Positions 31,362-40,827 of a stretch of DNA of 64,000 bases are shown here, in pieces; position 1 is the stretch's first letter; the number at the start of each line of letters is the position of its first letter. This stretch comes from a virus: positions 1 to 64,000 of the IMG/VR virus record IMGVR_UViG_3300038393_000573; one strand, written 5' to 3'. Made by a program: the position numbers and the translations under genes. The notes beneath the pieces are model-generated. The model was not told where the DNA came from. It was given only the letters and a program-made list of their open reading frames with translations, and did no database searches.

Positions 31362-32798
31362 ATGTCCGAAGAACAATTCGACACCCGGCCCTGTAGCGAA
31401 AAGCAGCGTCTAGTCCTTACGGACGATGAAACAGATGTGTTGTTAGTAGGCGGTGGAGCGGGGGGAGGGAAGTCTTACATGGCGCTATTGAAGGCGCTTA
31501 AATATTGCCAAGACCCTAACGCTAAAGTTCTTATTGTCCGTCTTACCTACCCGCTGATTAAGGCTATTGGCGGGCTGGTGGATGAGGCTAAGCATATTTA
31601 CCCGCATTTTGGGGCTGAATGGAGAGTCCAACCATTGGAATGGGTGTTTCCGAACGGCGCTGTTATTAAATTCGTAGCTATGCCCGCTGATCGCAAAGAC
31701 GTGCAAGGCTGGCAGGCTACGAACATCATCGTGGACGAAGGCGCTGAATTTCAGATGGAAGACATCCTTGCCTTGATTGGTCGTCTTCGCGGTGCACGCT
31801 ACAAGGGCAAACTCAGTGTCACCATTACGTGCAACCCCAGCCGCCAATCGTGGCTGTATTCGTGGGTTGAGTGGTGTCTCGATAAGACTACTGGCGTTCC
31901 GGTGTCTGGCACAGAAAACATCACGCGCTGGTTCGTTATTCTGACGGGTAAGGTGAAGTGGGGGGAGTCACCAGAGGCATTGTACGCAGAGCATGGAGCA
32001 GGATACAAATTAGGAAAAGACTTCATTCCGATGTCTTTCCGTTTTATCCCTATGACGGTTTATGACAACCCCGTCCTGCTGAAAAACAACCCAAGTTATC
32101 TCGCCAACCTGCTTGCGCAAACTCGCGTGGCCCAACTTAGATTCCTGCACGGCTCGTGGACTGCTGTGGTGGAAGGCTCCAGCTACTTTCAACGTGCTTG
32201 GGTGCCAATCGTCGGTGCGCCCCCGGTGGATGCTACACGTGTACGGTCATGGGACTTGGCGGCATCCGTGCCATCAGAAGTGAATCCCGATCCTGACTAC
32301 ACGGCGGGCGTCCTCTTATCTCGCGATAAAAACGGCATCTACTACATCGAGCATGTAAAACGCTTCCGCAAATTGACGGACGGCGTGCTGACGGATATTG
32401 CTGCAACAGGCACGGAAGACGGCATGGACGTGCCGCTGACCATTCCTCGGGATGCAGGTGCTGGTGGCAAGGCAGCTAATACCTTCTTCGTAAGATATTT
32501 GGCAGAGCGTGGCTTTATTGTACGCTCCGTCACGATGTCAGGGCACTCTGGCAAGGTACAACGCTTCCTGCCTTTCGCTGCTATGTGCGAGGCCGGTCTT
32601 GTGCGTTGTGTCCGTGGAGAGTGGAACGATGAATACTTTACCGAACTGGAAACCTTCACTGGCGAGCGAAATCAACACGATGACATGGTGGACGCCACGT
32701 CCGATGCGTTCAACCAGCTTTGCAAGCAAGTGGTGCTTCCTACGTTCCGTATCCCTGATATGAGCCAAGCAAGTCCGCTTCCAAGGCTCTCTAAATAG
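31362..32798 (+). CDS. terL: terminase large subunit
   Basis: AGGAGGG SD; Walker A GGGAGGGKS 33 aa from the N-terminus; Walker B-like NIIVDEGAE; directly upstream of portal. Confidence 0.9.
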   Translation: MSEEQFDTRPCSEKQRLVLTDDETDVLLVGGGAGGGKSYMALLKALKYCQDPNAKVLIVRLTYPLIKAIGGLVDEAKHIYPHFGAEWRVQPLEWVFPNGAVIKFVAMPADRKDVQGWQATNIIVDEGAEFQMEDILALIGRLRGARYKGKLSVTITCNPSRQSWLYSWVEWCLDKTTGVPVSGTENITRWFVILTGKVKWGESPEALYAEHGAGYKLGKDFIPMSFRFIPMTVYDNPVLLKNNPSYLANLLAQTRVAQLRFLHGSWTAVVEGSSYFQRAWVPIVGAPPVDATRVRSWDLAASVPSEVNPDPDYTAGVLLSRDKNGIYYIEHVKRFRKLTDGVLTDIAATGTEDGMDVPLTIPRDAGAGGKAANTFFVRYLAERGFIVRSVTMSGHSGKVQRFLPFAAMCEAGLVRCVRGEWNDEYFTELETFTGERNQHDDMVDATSDAFNQLCKQVVLPTFRIPDMSQASPLPRLSK

Positions 32799-32837
32799 CA
32801 AATATTCAAAAATTGTCAAGAAAGTAGTTAAAAACCC

Positions 32838-32866
32838 TTGACAGTTAGTTGTTTTTATGCTACAAT
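32838..32866 (+). promoter_or_regulatory. consensus-like promoter TTGACA-N17-TACAAT
   Basis: Read directly between terL and portal. Confidence 0.65.
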
Positions 32867-32894
32867 CCGCGTATTAAGAAAATAGGAGCGAAAG

Positions 32895-34391
32895 ATGGCT
32901 GAAGACAGCACAGACAATTCGGCTGGTCTTTCAGCCGACTCCGACGCCTCCCTGCCCCGCGTGCGCTTCAGCGAGCAAGGCTTCTCCGGGCTCAGAGTTA
33001 CAAATAAACAAATCTTAGAAGAAGCCAACCGCGTTTTCCAATTCCCGGCCTTCCTAAAGACAGTCTCGGAAATGCGGGCTAACCCTACGGTTGCCGCCGC
33101 ATTCAATGTCTACCGGATGTTGATTTCCCGTGTGAAGTGGACTGTGGAACCTCCCGAGAACGCCACGGATGATCAAAAAGCCCGCGCCAAATTCGTGCAG
33201 CAATGTATGCATGATATGGAAGGTAGCTGGGGTTCGTTTATCAGTGAAGTGCTAACGTATCTGGAGTACGGGCATTCGGTGCAGGAAAAGGTGTTCCGTC
33301 GTCGCCTGCGCAACAATGGTAGCAAATATAACGATGGTCTGGTGGGTTTGCGCAAGCTCGCACCACGGGGCCAAGACACAATCAAGGACTGGATTTTCTC
33401 TGACGATGGCCGTGATCTGATGGCAATTGGACAGTCAACAGTCAATCTTGAAAATTCGTTCCGATACAAGAATCTTGTCACGAACGAAAACGGCGTGATT
33501 GAAATTCCCCGTGTGAAGTTTTTGCTTTTCACGGCTGACGCGACAAAGGGCAATCCGCAAGGGCGAAGCCTCCTGAAGCCGATCTATCTCGCTTACAAGC
33601 GACTGGAACTGCTGCAGGACCAAGAACTGCTTAGCATCGCTAAAGACCTCGCGGGCATCCCGTTAATCGAGATTCCGCCTAAGTACATGGACCCGAACGC
33701 TTCCCCGGAAGATAAGGCTGTGTATGACATGTGCAAGCGTATCGTTGATAACCTCGCTAATGGTGAGCAACGTGGTCTGGTCTTCCCTAAGATGGCAGAC
33801 CCCGAGAGTAAGCTTGAACTGTTCAAAGTGTCTCTGCTTGAGCGTAAGGGTTCGGGCGTAAACCTAGACGCGGTTATCCAACGCTATCGGATGGAGATTC
33901 TGCAAGCCCTGTGCGTTGATGTCATCGCCATGGGACAAGACGAGGGGGGTTCCTTCAGTCTTGCGGATAGCAAAACCAACATGTTGACGCTTGCCCTGAG
34001 TCACCGACTCGGGGAGATTGCCGAAGTGTTGAATACGGACTTGGTTCCGCAACTGTTCGCCCTTAACGGCTGGACAGACGAAGAACTGCCGAAGTTCAAG
34101 GCTGGAGATATCGAAGAAGTCAGCATGGAAGAATTTTCCAAGCTGGTGCAGCGCGTTGCCTCCGTGGGTCTGGTTGAAATTGATCGGCCTTGGCTGAACA
34201 AGATTCGTGAAGTGGCTGGTATCGAGCCGCTGCCTGATGACGCTCCCGTTGACAAGGAAAAGCTTACGGGCGCTTCCTCGAATAGCGGAAAGGGCATGGA
34301 AGTTGGCCGCTCTGGAAACGGTACGGCCAAGATCGGCGGTAAGGGTTCCGGTAAGGATAGCTCCGCTGGAAACAACGAGAACGCTGCTTAG
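32895..34391 (+). CDS. portal protein
   Basis: 498 aa; between terL and the head protease; AGGAG SD; Gly/Ser-rich tail. Confidence 0.8.
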   Translation: MAEDSTDNSAGLSADSDASLPRVRFSEQGFSGLRVTNKQILEEANRVFQFPAFLKTVSEMRANPTVAAAFNVYRMLISRVKWTVEPPENATDDQKARAKFVQQCMHDMEGSWGSFISEVLTYLEYGHSVQEKVFRRRLRNNGSKYNDGLVGLRKLAPRGQDTIKDWIFSDDGRDLMAIGQSTVNLENSFRYKNLVTNENGVIEIPRVKFLLFTADATKGNPQGRSLLKPIYLAYKRLELLQDQELLSIAKDLAGIPLIEIPPKYMDPNASPEDKAVYDMCKRIVDNLANGEQRGLVFPKMADPESKLELFKVSLLERKGSGVNLDAVIQRYRMEILQALCVDVIAMGQDEGGSFSLADSKTNMLTLALSHRLGEIAEVLNTDLVPQLFALNGWTDEELPKFKAGDIEEVSMEEFSKLVQRVASVGLVEIDRPWLNKIREVAGIEPLPDDAPVDKEKLTGASSNSGKGMEVGRSGNGTAKIGGKGSGKDSSAGNNENAA

Positions 34392-34405
34392 GGAAGGACC
34401 GAAAA

Positions 34406-35251
34406 ATGAGCAACAAGAACAAACTACTGCGGCTCACGGAGTCTATCTACTCCCGTCCGCACCTGATTAGCGATGCAGGCTTCGCTGCAATCTCGCACTA
34501 CCTTGACAGCCGCAACATGGGGATCATCCTCATGGGCGACGAAGAGGGTGTTGAGTATGTCACCCCGAAGCCGCAAGCTACCGGCAAGGTCGGCCTGCTG
34601 AACGTGCACGGAGCCCTTACCTACAAGCCTGTCATGGGCATGTGCGGTGCAGTTGGTACGAGCTACGAACAACTTCTGGCTGACGCGAGCGAACTGATTG
34701 ACATGGGCGTGAAGCTTATCGTCATGGACTGTGACAGTGGTGGTGGCGAGGGCTACGGTGCCTTTGAAACAGCCGACGAACTTCGTAAGATGTGCGACGA
34801 AGCTGGCGTTCGTTGGATCGCCTACAACGATGGTGTCACGGCCTCTGCCTGCTACGCTCTAGCATGTGCGGCTGACGAAGTTATCTCCAACCCTGCGGCG
34901 GAAACGGGCTCCATCGGTGTGCTGATCGCTCTCGTGAACAACAGCAAGGCGCTGGAAATGAATGGCTACACACGTACCTTCATTTCGGCAGGCGAGTCGA
35001 AGATTCCCTTCGATGCAGACGGTGAGTGGAAGCCTGACTTCCTTGCCGGATTGCAGGCAAAGGTGGATGCGATGTACGCGCAATTTGTCGCTCACGTGTC
35101 CAAAAACACGGGCATGTCTGAAGAAGACGTGCGCGGCACACAGGCAAAGATGTTCATGGCGGAAGAAGCCTTGAAGCTGGGTCTGGTTAACAAGGTGATG
35201 ACTCGTGCAGAGTTTATCGACTACATCGCAACTCAGACACAAGGACTGTAA
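34406..35251 (+). CDS. head maturation protease, S49 (SppA/lambda gpC-like) family
   Basis: DCDSGGGEGYG and VTASACYALACAADEVISNPAAETGSIGV motifs. Confidence 0.85.
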   Translation: MSNKNKLLRLTESIYSRPHLISDAGFAAISHYLDSRNMGIILMGDEEGVEYVTPKPQATGKVGLLNVHGALTYKPVMGMCGAVGTSYEQLLADASELIDMGVKLIVMDCDSGGGEGYGAFETADELRKMCDEAGVRWIAYNDGVTASACYALACAADEVISNPAAETGSIGVLIALVNNSKALEMNGYTRTFISAGESKIPFDADGEWKPDFLAGLQAKVDAMYAQFVAHVSKNTGMSEEDVRGTQAKMFMAEEALKLGLVNKVMTRAEFIDYIATQTQGL

Positions 35252-35827
35252 ATGCTGGATGCACTGAAAAAGAAGCTGGGAGTCACTCAAGACGCGGCCC
35301 CGCAAGCAGACGCTTCGGATGCTGTGTCGCTCGCTGTGAGCGTCACTGATACCGAAGAATTTAAACAACTCCTGTCCGATTTCGGTACGCTTAAGGCCGC
35401 GCACGACTCGCTCGCTGCTGACCTGAAGGCCGCGACCGAACTGCTGGACGAAACCAACGCCAAGCTCACGGCTGCGAATGAACAACTCGCAACTGCACAA
35501 GCTGCCGTTGATGCTACGAATGCTGCAAAGGCCGCTGCGGAAGCAGAAGCCCACGCACGCAAAATGACCGCTCGCAAAGCGGCTGTGGTGGACGTGATCG
35601 GTGATGCGAAAGCTGAATCGTTCCTCGCTGCCACTGAGGGTCTTGACGACGCAGCTTTCCAAGCTGTGGCTTCGGCTCTCACGGGTAAGGCTGCTGCTGA
35701 GGCAACCTCTGCTCTTTTCACGGAAGTCGGTGTTGACGGTCAAGTCGATGCCACGAACCCTGCCCGTACCGAATCGAAGGAAATGAAACTCCTGCGTGAA
35801 AAGTACAAAGGAACCGACGCTAAGTAA
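35252..35827 (+). CDS. scaffolding protein
   Basis: Ala/Glu/Lys-rich coiled coil, positioned between protease and capsid genes. Confidence 0.65.
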   Translation: MLDALKKKLGVTQDAAPQADASDAVSLAVSVTDTEEFKQLLSDFGTLKAAHDSLAADLKAATELLDETNAKLTAANEQLATAQAAVDATNAAKAAAEAEAHARKMTARKAAVVDVIGDAKAESFLAATEGLDDAAFQAVASALTGKAAAEATSALFTEVGVDGQVDATNPARTESKEMKLLREKYKGTDAK

Positions 35828-35853
35828 GCGTCACAAGCAAACAAGGAAAGAAA

Positions 35854-36270
35854 ATGACTGTCATTGCAACTGACTCCACTCGCTTCAGCGCCGTTGTGAA
35901 GCACGAATATGAACCGCAACTGGGCTACTGCCGCGATGTTGTGACTGTGAACGACGCTGCTCAGACCCTCAAGGTCGGTACGGTGCTCGGCAAGGTCACT
36001 GCTACTGGCAAATATAAGGTGCAAGACGCCGCTGCAGCCGATGGTTCGCAAAACGCTGCCGCTGTGCTGATTGCCGATTCGGCTGGCCTCTCGGGTGACA
36101 TCACTCTGGCGAACGCCACTGACACGAAGGTGTTGGTTCTCACTCGCGGCCCGGTGATCGTGTCGAAAGACGCTCTCACGATGGGTGCTGGCACGAACCT
36201 CGATGCAGAGAAGCAAGCTGTGTACGACGCCCTTAAGGCGCTTGGCATCCTGTGCGAATCCGCTGCCTAA
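35854..36270 (+). CDS. head decoration protein (lambda gpD-like position and size)
   Basis: 138 aa, immediately upstream of the major capsid gene. Confidence 0.55.
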   Translation: MTVIATDSTRFSAVVKHEYEPQLGYCRDVVTVNDAAQTLKVGTVLGKVTATGKYKVQDAAAADGSQNAAAVLIADSAGLSGDITLANATDTKVLVLTRGPVIVSKDALTMGAGTNLDAEKQAVYDALKALGILCESAA

Positions 36271-36307
36271 TTCAAAGCAGTAACCTAACCCAAAAAGGAA
36301 ACAACAA

Positions 36308-37321
36308 ATGATTATCCGTAGTTTCGGCAACGGTTTCGAAGTCACTGACTGGACTGAAGAAATCAACGTGGTCCCCAACCAGTGGGGCACCATCGGCCAA
36401 CTTGGCATCTTCGCTACCGAATCGGTGGCTGAACACACCGTGACGTTTGAGGAAATCACTCGTGACGGTGCTCTGATCGTGGACCGCGTGCGTGGTGATC
36501 GTGCAACGCAAGGTAAGGACGCCAGCCGCAAGCTGCACGTCTTCGCCGTGCCCCACTTCCCGTATGACGACTACATCAGCCCGCAAGACATTCAAGGCAA
36601 GCGTGCTTATGGCAGCGCCTCGGAAGCGGAAACGCTGGAAGCCGTGCGTACTCGCAAGATGGAGCGCATCCGCCAGAACCACGCATGGACGTTGGAAGTG
36701 GCACGTGCTCAAGTTATCACGGCTGGCACGGTGTACGCTCCTTCGGGCACTGTGACGCAGGACTGGAACACTGAGTTCGGCGTGACGCGCCTGTCGGTGG
36801 ACTTCACCCTCGGCACCAGCACGACGGACATCATTGCCTGTATCGAACAGGGTCTGGCGCACATGCAGGACAACACGGGCGGCGCAAGCTTCTCGGGTAC
36901 TGTGGTCCTCACATCGCCTGAGTTCTTCGCCAAGCTGATCGCTCACGCTAACGTTAAGTCTGCGTATACGTACTACACGTCCACGCAAGAGCCCTTGCGT
37001 CAACGCCTCGGCGGCGCAGGCACTCTGCACCGTGAGTTCATCCACGGCGGCACACGTTTCGTGGAAATGCGCGACACGCTGGCTGGCAACCGTCTGATCC
37101 CGGCCAACAAGGCATATCTCGTGCCCACTGGCTCGGACATCTTCAAGACTTACTTCTCCCCTGCCAACCGTTTCGGTCTGGTGAACACACTGGGCGAACA
37201 AGTCTACATGTTCGAAACGCCTGCACCCAACGGCACGCGCATCGACATCGAATCCGAATCCAACTTCGTGAACGCGCTCCTGCGTCCCGCGATGGTGATC
37301 GAATTCACGACATCGAACTAA
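36308..37321 (+). CDS. major capsid protein (lambda gpE-like family)
   Basis: 337 aa; position; N-terminal EINVVPNQWGTIGQLGIF and PHFPYDDYISPQD resemble the capsid E family. Confidence 0.8.
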   Translation: MIIRSFGNGFEVTDWTEEINVVPNQWGTIGQLGIFATESVAEHTVTFEEITRDGALIVDRVRGDRATQGKDASRKLHVFAVPHFPYDDYISPQDIQGKRAYGSASEAETLEAVRTRKMERIRQNHAWTLEVARAQVITAGTVYAPSGTVTQDWNTEFGVTRLSVDFTLGTSTTDIIACIEQGLAHMQDNTGGASFSGTVVLTSPEFFAKLIAHANVKSAYTYYTSTQEPLRQRLGGAGTLHREFIHGGTRFVEMRDTLAGNRLIPANKAYLVPTGSDIFKTYFSPANRFGLVNTLGEQVYMFETPAPNGTRIDIESESNFVNALLRPAMVIEFTTSN

Positions 37322-37337
37322 TCCTTCGATGCTTCCG

Positions 37338-37360
37338 CAGCCCCTTCGGGGGCTGTTATT
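37338..37360 (+). terminator. hairpin terminator after the capsid gene
   Basis: CAGCCCC-TTCG-GGGGCTG followed by TTATT. Confidence 0.6.
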
Positions 37361-37422
37361 CATGGTGGGTTTGCTGTGGTCTGAGTAGACCTACGATGAA
37401 TAACAGATAAGGAGAAAACAAC

Positions 37423-38088
37423 GTGAGTTACTTTAACACTACATTCTCGGCATTCTTTACTCTGGAAGTGCTGAAGAATCCGCAGGGCGTTGCTCAAGCT
37501 CCTGCCCCCGCAATGGTGACTTGGGACGCAACTAACCACGCAGCCGGGGCTGTGATTTCAAACGGCGGGCTTACCGTTACCATACCGCAGAACATCGGTT
37601 CCTTCCCGAAAGCTATTGCATCACCATTCCAATCCACAGGCAAGCGCGTTTATGAATTGAGTGCCATTGCTGCGACGATAGATATGCAGTTGGGTATTTG
37701 TACGCAGAGCTTGGACGGCACAGAGACAACGAGCTACGCAGGACAAGATGCGAACAGTTGGGCCTACCTGCCTTTCGATGGAACTACTTACCATAACGAT
37801 GTCTCCGGTCCTGTTACAGGGCCAACGTATACGGATGGTGATGTTGTGACCGTGGCTGTCGATTTCGACGCTGGAAAGATGTGGTTCGGCACAGCGGCAG
37901 GCGGCTATGCTGGAAACCCGGGCGCGGGCACTGGAGAAGCGTTCACGTTCACTCCGCACACACCGCTATCCCCGCTTGTGCTGGTTTCTACGTTCAGTGG
38001 TGATCCTGCTGCGGTGGTAACTCTCAATGCTGGCGGCAGCGCCTTCGCTGCGGCTCTACCTGCGGGCTTCACTGCTTGGCAGGCGTAA
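37423..38088 (+). CDS. SPRY (B30.2)-like domain protein
   Basis: KRVYELSA...NSWAY...GDVVTVAVDFDAGKMWFG pattern typical of SPRY beta-sandwiches; GTG start after AAGGAGAA. Confidence 0.55.
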   Translation: MSYFNTTFSAFFTLEVLKNPQGVAQAPAPAMVTWDATNHAAGAVISNGGLTVTIPQNIGSFPKAIASPFQSTGKRVYELSAIAATIDMQLGICTQSLDGTETTSYAGQDANSWAYLPFDGTTYHNDVSGPVTGPTYTDGDVVTVAVDFDAGKMWFGTAAGGYAGNPGAGTGEAFTFTPHTPLSPLVLVSTFSGDPAAVVTLNAGGSAFAAALPAGFTAWQA

Positions 38089-38100
38089 TAGGAGGAAGAC

Positions 38101-38535
38101 ATGCCCACAATCGACCCGACAACCAACCTAGGCAAAGTACGGCTTCGCGTGGGCGACTTCCTGGACTTGCCAATCTTCCCCGATGCAGTCTACATCGCAA
38201 CGTTGAATGATTGCGATAACAATGTACTTCGTGCTTCTAAGCTGATGGCGCAATACATCCTCGCTACGCTCACCATGCGCGTGCACGAGAAGATGGCCCA
38301 GCTTGAAGTGTACGGCAATCAGTACGTGGATAACTACGTAAAGTTCCTCAAGACTACGATCTTGAATCCGAACATGATGGAAGTAGCCCCGCTGCCGTAT
38401 GGGGCTGAACTTGACGCTACACACCCGCTGTTGCAGTTCCGGGACGACTGGAACAAGATGTACATCGGCGGTACAGCGTCGGAGCAAACGCACTTGCAGG
38501 CTGTGCGGGGAATGGACCCGTATGGATTCTTTTAA
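38101..38535 (+). CDS. putative head-tail connector protein
   Basis: Position only; AGGAGGAAG SD. Confidence 0.45.
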   Translation: MPTIDPTTNLGKVRLRVGDFLDLPIFPDAVYIATLNDCDNNVLRASKLMAQYILATLTMRVHEKMAQLEVYGNQYVDNYVKFLKTTILNPNMMEVAPLPYGAELDATHPLLQFRDDWNKMYIGGTASEQTHLQAVRGMDPYGFF

Positions 38536-38893
38536 GCGCGTAGTGCAAAACATGATGACTCGGTATGGCACGACGCTGACCGTGATCGTCTGTGGTGACG
38601 CTGTGTACAACCCAGCGACATCCGAAAGCGTCCCCGTGGAAACACAGTACATCGTGCCCGGCATGGTGTTTGACTTCACCCTGCAATCGAATGGCGCACA
38701 GACTGCGCCCGGCACATTGGTGCAAGTGGGCGACAAACAGGTGTTCCTCCAGCCCACAGCGGACGTTCCCCGGCTGCGGGCTGAACGTGACTTCGTGGTG
38801 CTGGGAGACAAGCGGTACAAGGTTGTTACCTACAAGGAAACCAATCCCACAACCGCAGACAACACGCTTATCGAACTGCTGGTAAGGGCGTAA
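38522..38893 (+). CDS. putative head-tail joining protein
   Basis: Internal ATG of ORF 38399..38893, overlapping the upstream stop; position. Confidence 0.45.
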   Translation: MDSFKRVVQNMMTRYGTTLTVIVCGDAVYNPATSESVPVETQYIVPGMVFDFTLQSNGAQTAPGTLVQVGDKQVFLQPTADVPRLRAERDFVVLGDKRYKVVTYKETNPTTADNTLIELLVRA

Positions 38894-38896
38894 GCC

Positions 38897-38924
38897 TTGA
38901 CAACAGCAGCTTTGGTGCTATAAT
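38897..38924 (+). promoter_or_regulatory. perfect consensus promoter TTGACA-N16-TATAAT
   Basis: Read directly. Confidence 0.7.
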
Positions 38925-38944
38925 CCTGAAAGTGAAATAACGCT

Positions 38945-39412
38945 ATGGCTGGTAGTTTCCTAGCAAGCCTACAGCGGAACATCGACAGGGTGAAGAAGGA
39001 AGTGGATGTGGCATGTTTTGCCATCTTCACAGATCTAGCCCAAACGGTCGTCTACAACTGCCCGGTCTTACGCGGCAACCTGATTAACGACTTCTGGCCT
39101 GCCTCTAACAGCTACAACTACACCGTGCAAACGGTCGTAGACGCTGAAGGTCAAAGTGACTACCAACCCCACTCCGACAAGACGGGTTCCGGCTCAATCA
39201 GCCGCATCCGCGACGAGAAGGATGCTGGTACGTTCTACGGGAAAGACGGCTTCCTTTCATTCAGCACGAGCGTCCCCTACGCCTACCGTATCGAATACGA
39301 AGGCTGGAGCGAACGTAAAGCCCCTGCGGGCTTTATGCGCGTCAGTCTAACGCAGGTAGCAGCGAAATACAAGCATAGCGTGGGTCCGTTTGTCGGCCCC
39401 CGCCAGCCTTAA
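38945..39412 (+). CDS. putative neck/tail-completion protein
   Basis: Position; ORF track. Confidence 0.45.
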   Translation: MAGSFLASLQRNIDRVKKEVDVACFAIFTDLAQTVVYNCPVLRGNLINDFWPASNSYNYTVQTVVDAEGQSDYQPHSDKTGSGSISRIRDEKDAGTFYGKDGFLSFSTSVPYAYRIEYEGWSERKAPAGFMRVSLTQVAAKYKHSVGPFVGPRQP

Positions 39413-39421
39413 GGAGCGTGC

Positions 39422-39817
39422 ATGAGTCTCAGGACTGAAATCGAATCGAAGCTAGACGCATGGGCTGCTTCGCAGGTTCCGCCTATCCCTGTGGCATACG
39501 AGAACAAAGACTTCGCCAAACCTACCACAGGGTCTTACTTGCAAATTTTCTTCCTTACACCCGCTGTTGTCAACCCTGACGTAGCGGCTGAACGGGAGCG
39601 TGAAACAGGCATCTTCCAAATAAATATCTGTGTTCCTCAGAACACTGGGTCGAAGAAGGCTACAGACTTGATAGCGGCGCTACGTGCCCTCTTTCCTGTG
39701 CTGCCGAAGACTGGAACTGTTTCCATCGAGCGTCCCGCAAACGTCAGTGGCGGATTCAACCGGACGGATGGTTTCTTCGTAACTCCGGTTTCTTTCAGCT
39801 ATCGACAAGAGCGGTAA
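39422..39817 (+). CDS. putative tail terminator protein
   Basis: Position upstream of the major tail gene; 131 aa. Confidence 0.45.
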   Translation: MSLRTEIESKLDAWAASQVPPIPVAYENKDFAKPTTGSYLQIFFLTPAVVNPDVAAERERETGIFQINICVPQNTGSKKATDLIAALRALFPVLPKTGTVSIERPANVSGGFNRTDGFFVTPVSFSYRQER

Positions 39818-39870
39818 GCAGTACCGAAGGGCAATCCGCCCAATTCTATCTTTTCTTCAAAGGAAACTAA

Positions 39871-40215
39871 ATGGCAGTCATTGCTCAAACAGCCTTCAAC
39901 AAGGCAACAAGTGGGCCGACAACAATCACTCGCACAGTGTTGTCTGCTTCCGACACTCTGGTGTATACGCCCGGCGCGATGCTGGAACTGTTCAACACCA
40001 CAGCGTCTCCTGTGACCGTCACGATTGACGGCTCGGGTTCTACAACTATCTCCCCTTCCGGCTTCGGCGGAACCGTGGACGTGTCTGCAGGCAAGGCCAT
40101 CGTGGTCCCGGCCTCTAGCACAGTCTACGTGAACCTCGATTCTATTGCCGCGTTCCTGCAAGGCACCGTGGCTGTCACTGGCGGCGTTGGCGTCACTGCC
40201 CACATCGTCTACTAA
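39871..40215 (+). CDS. hypothetical beta-rich structural protein
   Basis: ORF track; Thr/Ser/Val/Gly-rich. Confidence 0.5.
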   Translation: MAVIAQTAFNKATSGPTTITRTVLSASDTLVYTPGAMLELFNTTASPVTVTIDGSGSTTISPSGFGGTVDVSAGKAIVVPASSTVYVNLDSIAAFLQGTVAVTGGVGVTAHIVY

Positions 40216-40248
40216 ACCAACCGCCAACAAACTCTCTAAGGAAACATA

Positions 40249-40695
40249 ATGGCAGTCTCTCAAGCATTTACTTCCGCTGGCACCACACTGTACGTGTCTG
40301 CGTCCCTCCCTGCTACCAACGACGCGGCGGGCTTTACGGCTCTTGCGTGGACGAAGGTTGGCGAAGTTGTGGACCTCGGCTCCTACGGCAAGAAGTACAA
40401 CCTCGTCTCGCATAACCCCATTGATGATCGTAAGACCGTCAAGCGTAAGGGCTCGTACAACAACGGTACGCTGTCTGTCAAGATGGCTCGCGTCCCTGCG
40501 AACGCCGGTCAAGCGATTATCCTGACGGGTCTTGCATCGGACGCTGGTATCTCCTGCCGCGTGACGCTGCAGAACGGCACGATCAATTACTTCCAAGCTG
40601 AAGTCATGTCGTACACGACTGAAATCGGTTCGGTGGACACGATCACGTCCGCAACGGTCGATCTGGAAGTGACAGAAGACATCGTGGAAGTCTAA
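40249..40695 (+). CDS. major tail tube protein
   Basis: 148 aa directly upstream of the G/GT chaperones; followed by attenuator hairpin GAAAGAGG-N6-CCTCTTTC. Confidence 0.7.
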   Translation: MAVSQAFTSAGTTLYVSASLPATNDAAGFTALAWTKVGEVVDLGSYGKKYNLVSHNPIDDRKTVKRKGSYNNGTLSVKMARVPANAGQAIILTGLASDAGISCRVTLQNGTINYFQAEVMSYTTEIGSVDTITSATVDLEVTEDIVEV

Positions 40696-40827
40696 TCCCA
40701 CTGAAAGAGGTTTGTGCCTCTTTCTAAGCTGGCTCACAGGATTGGCTTAGAAAGGTGCATAGCATCTTAACCCAATGGAGCATTCGACTCCAACCCTCAA
40801 CCAAACCAAAGAAAAGGAATCTCTACC

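Noticed and set aside
34859-37363. Minus-strand ORFs of 294, 263 and 363 aa over the protease, scaffold, decoration and capsid genes
   Set aside because: They lie antisense to a canonical head module, are Arg/Cys/His-rich and have no ribosome-binding sites.
39799-40737. 312-aa minus-strand ORF
   Set aside because: It spans two plus-strand tail genes and their intergenic gap and has shadow-frame composition.
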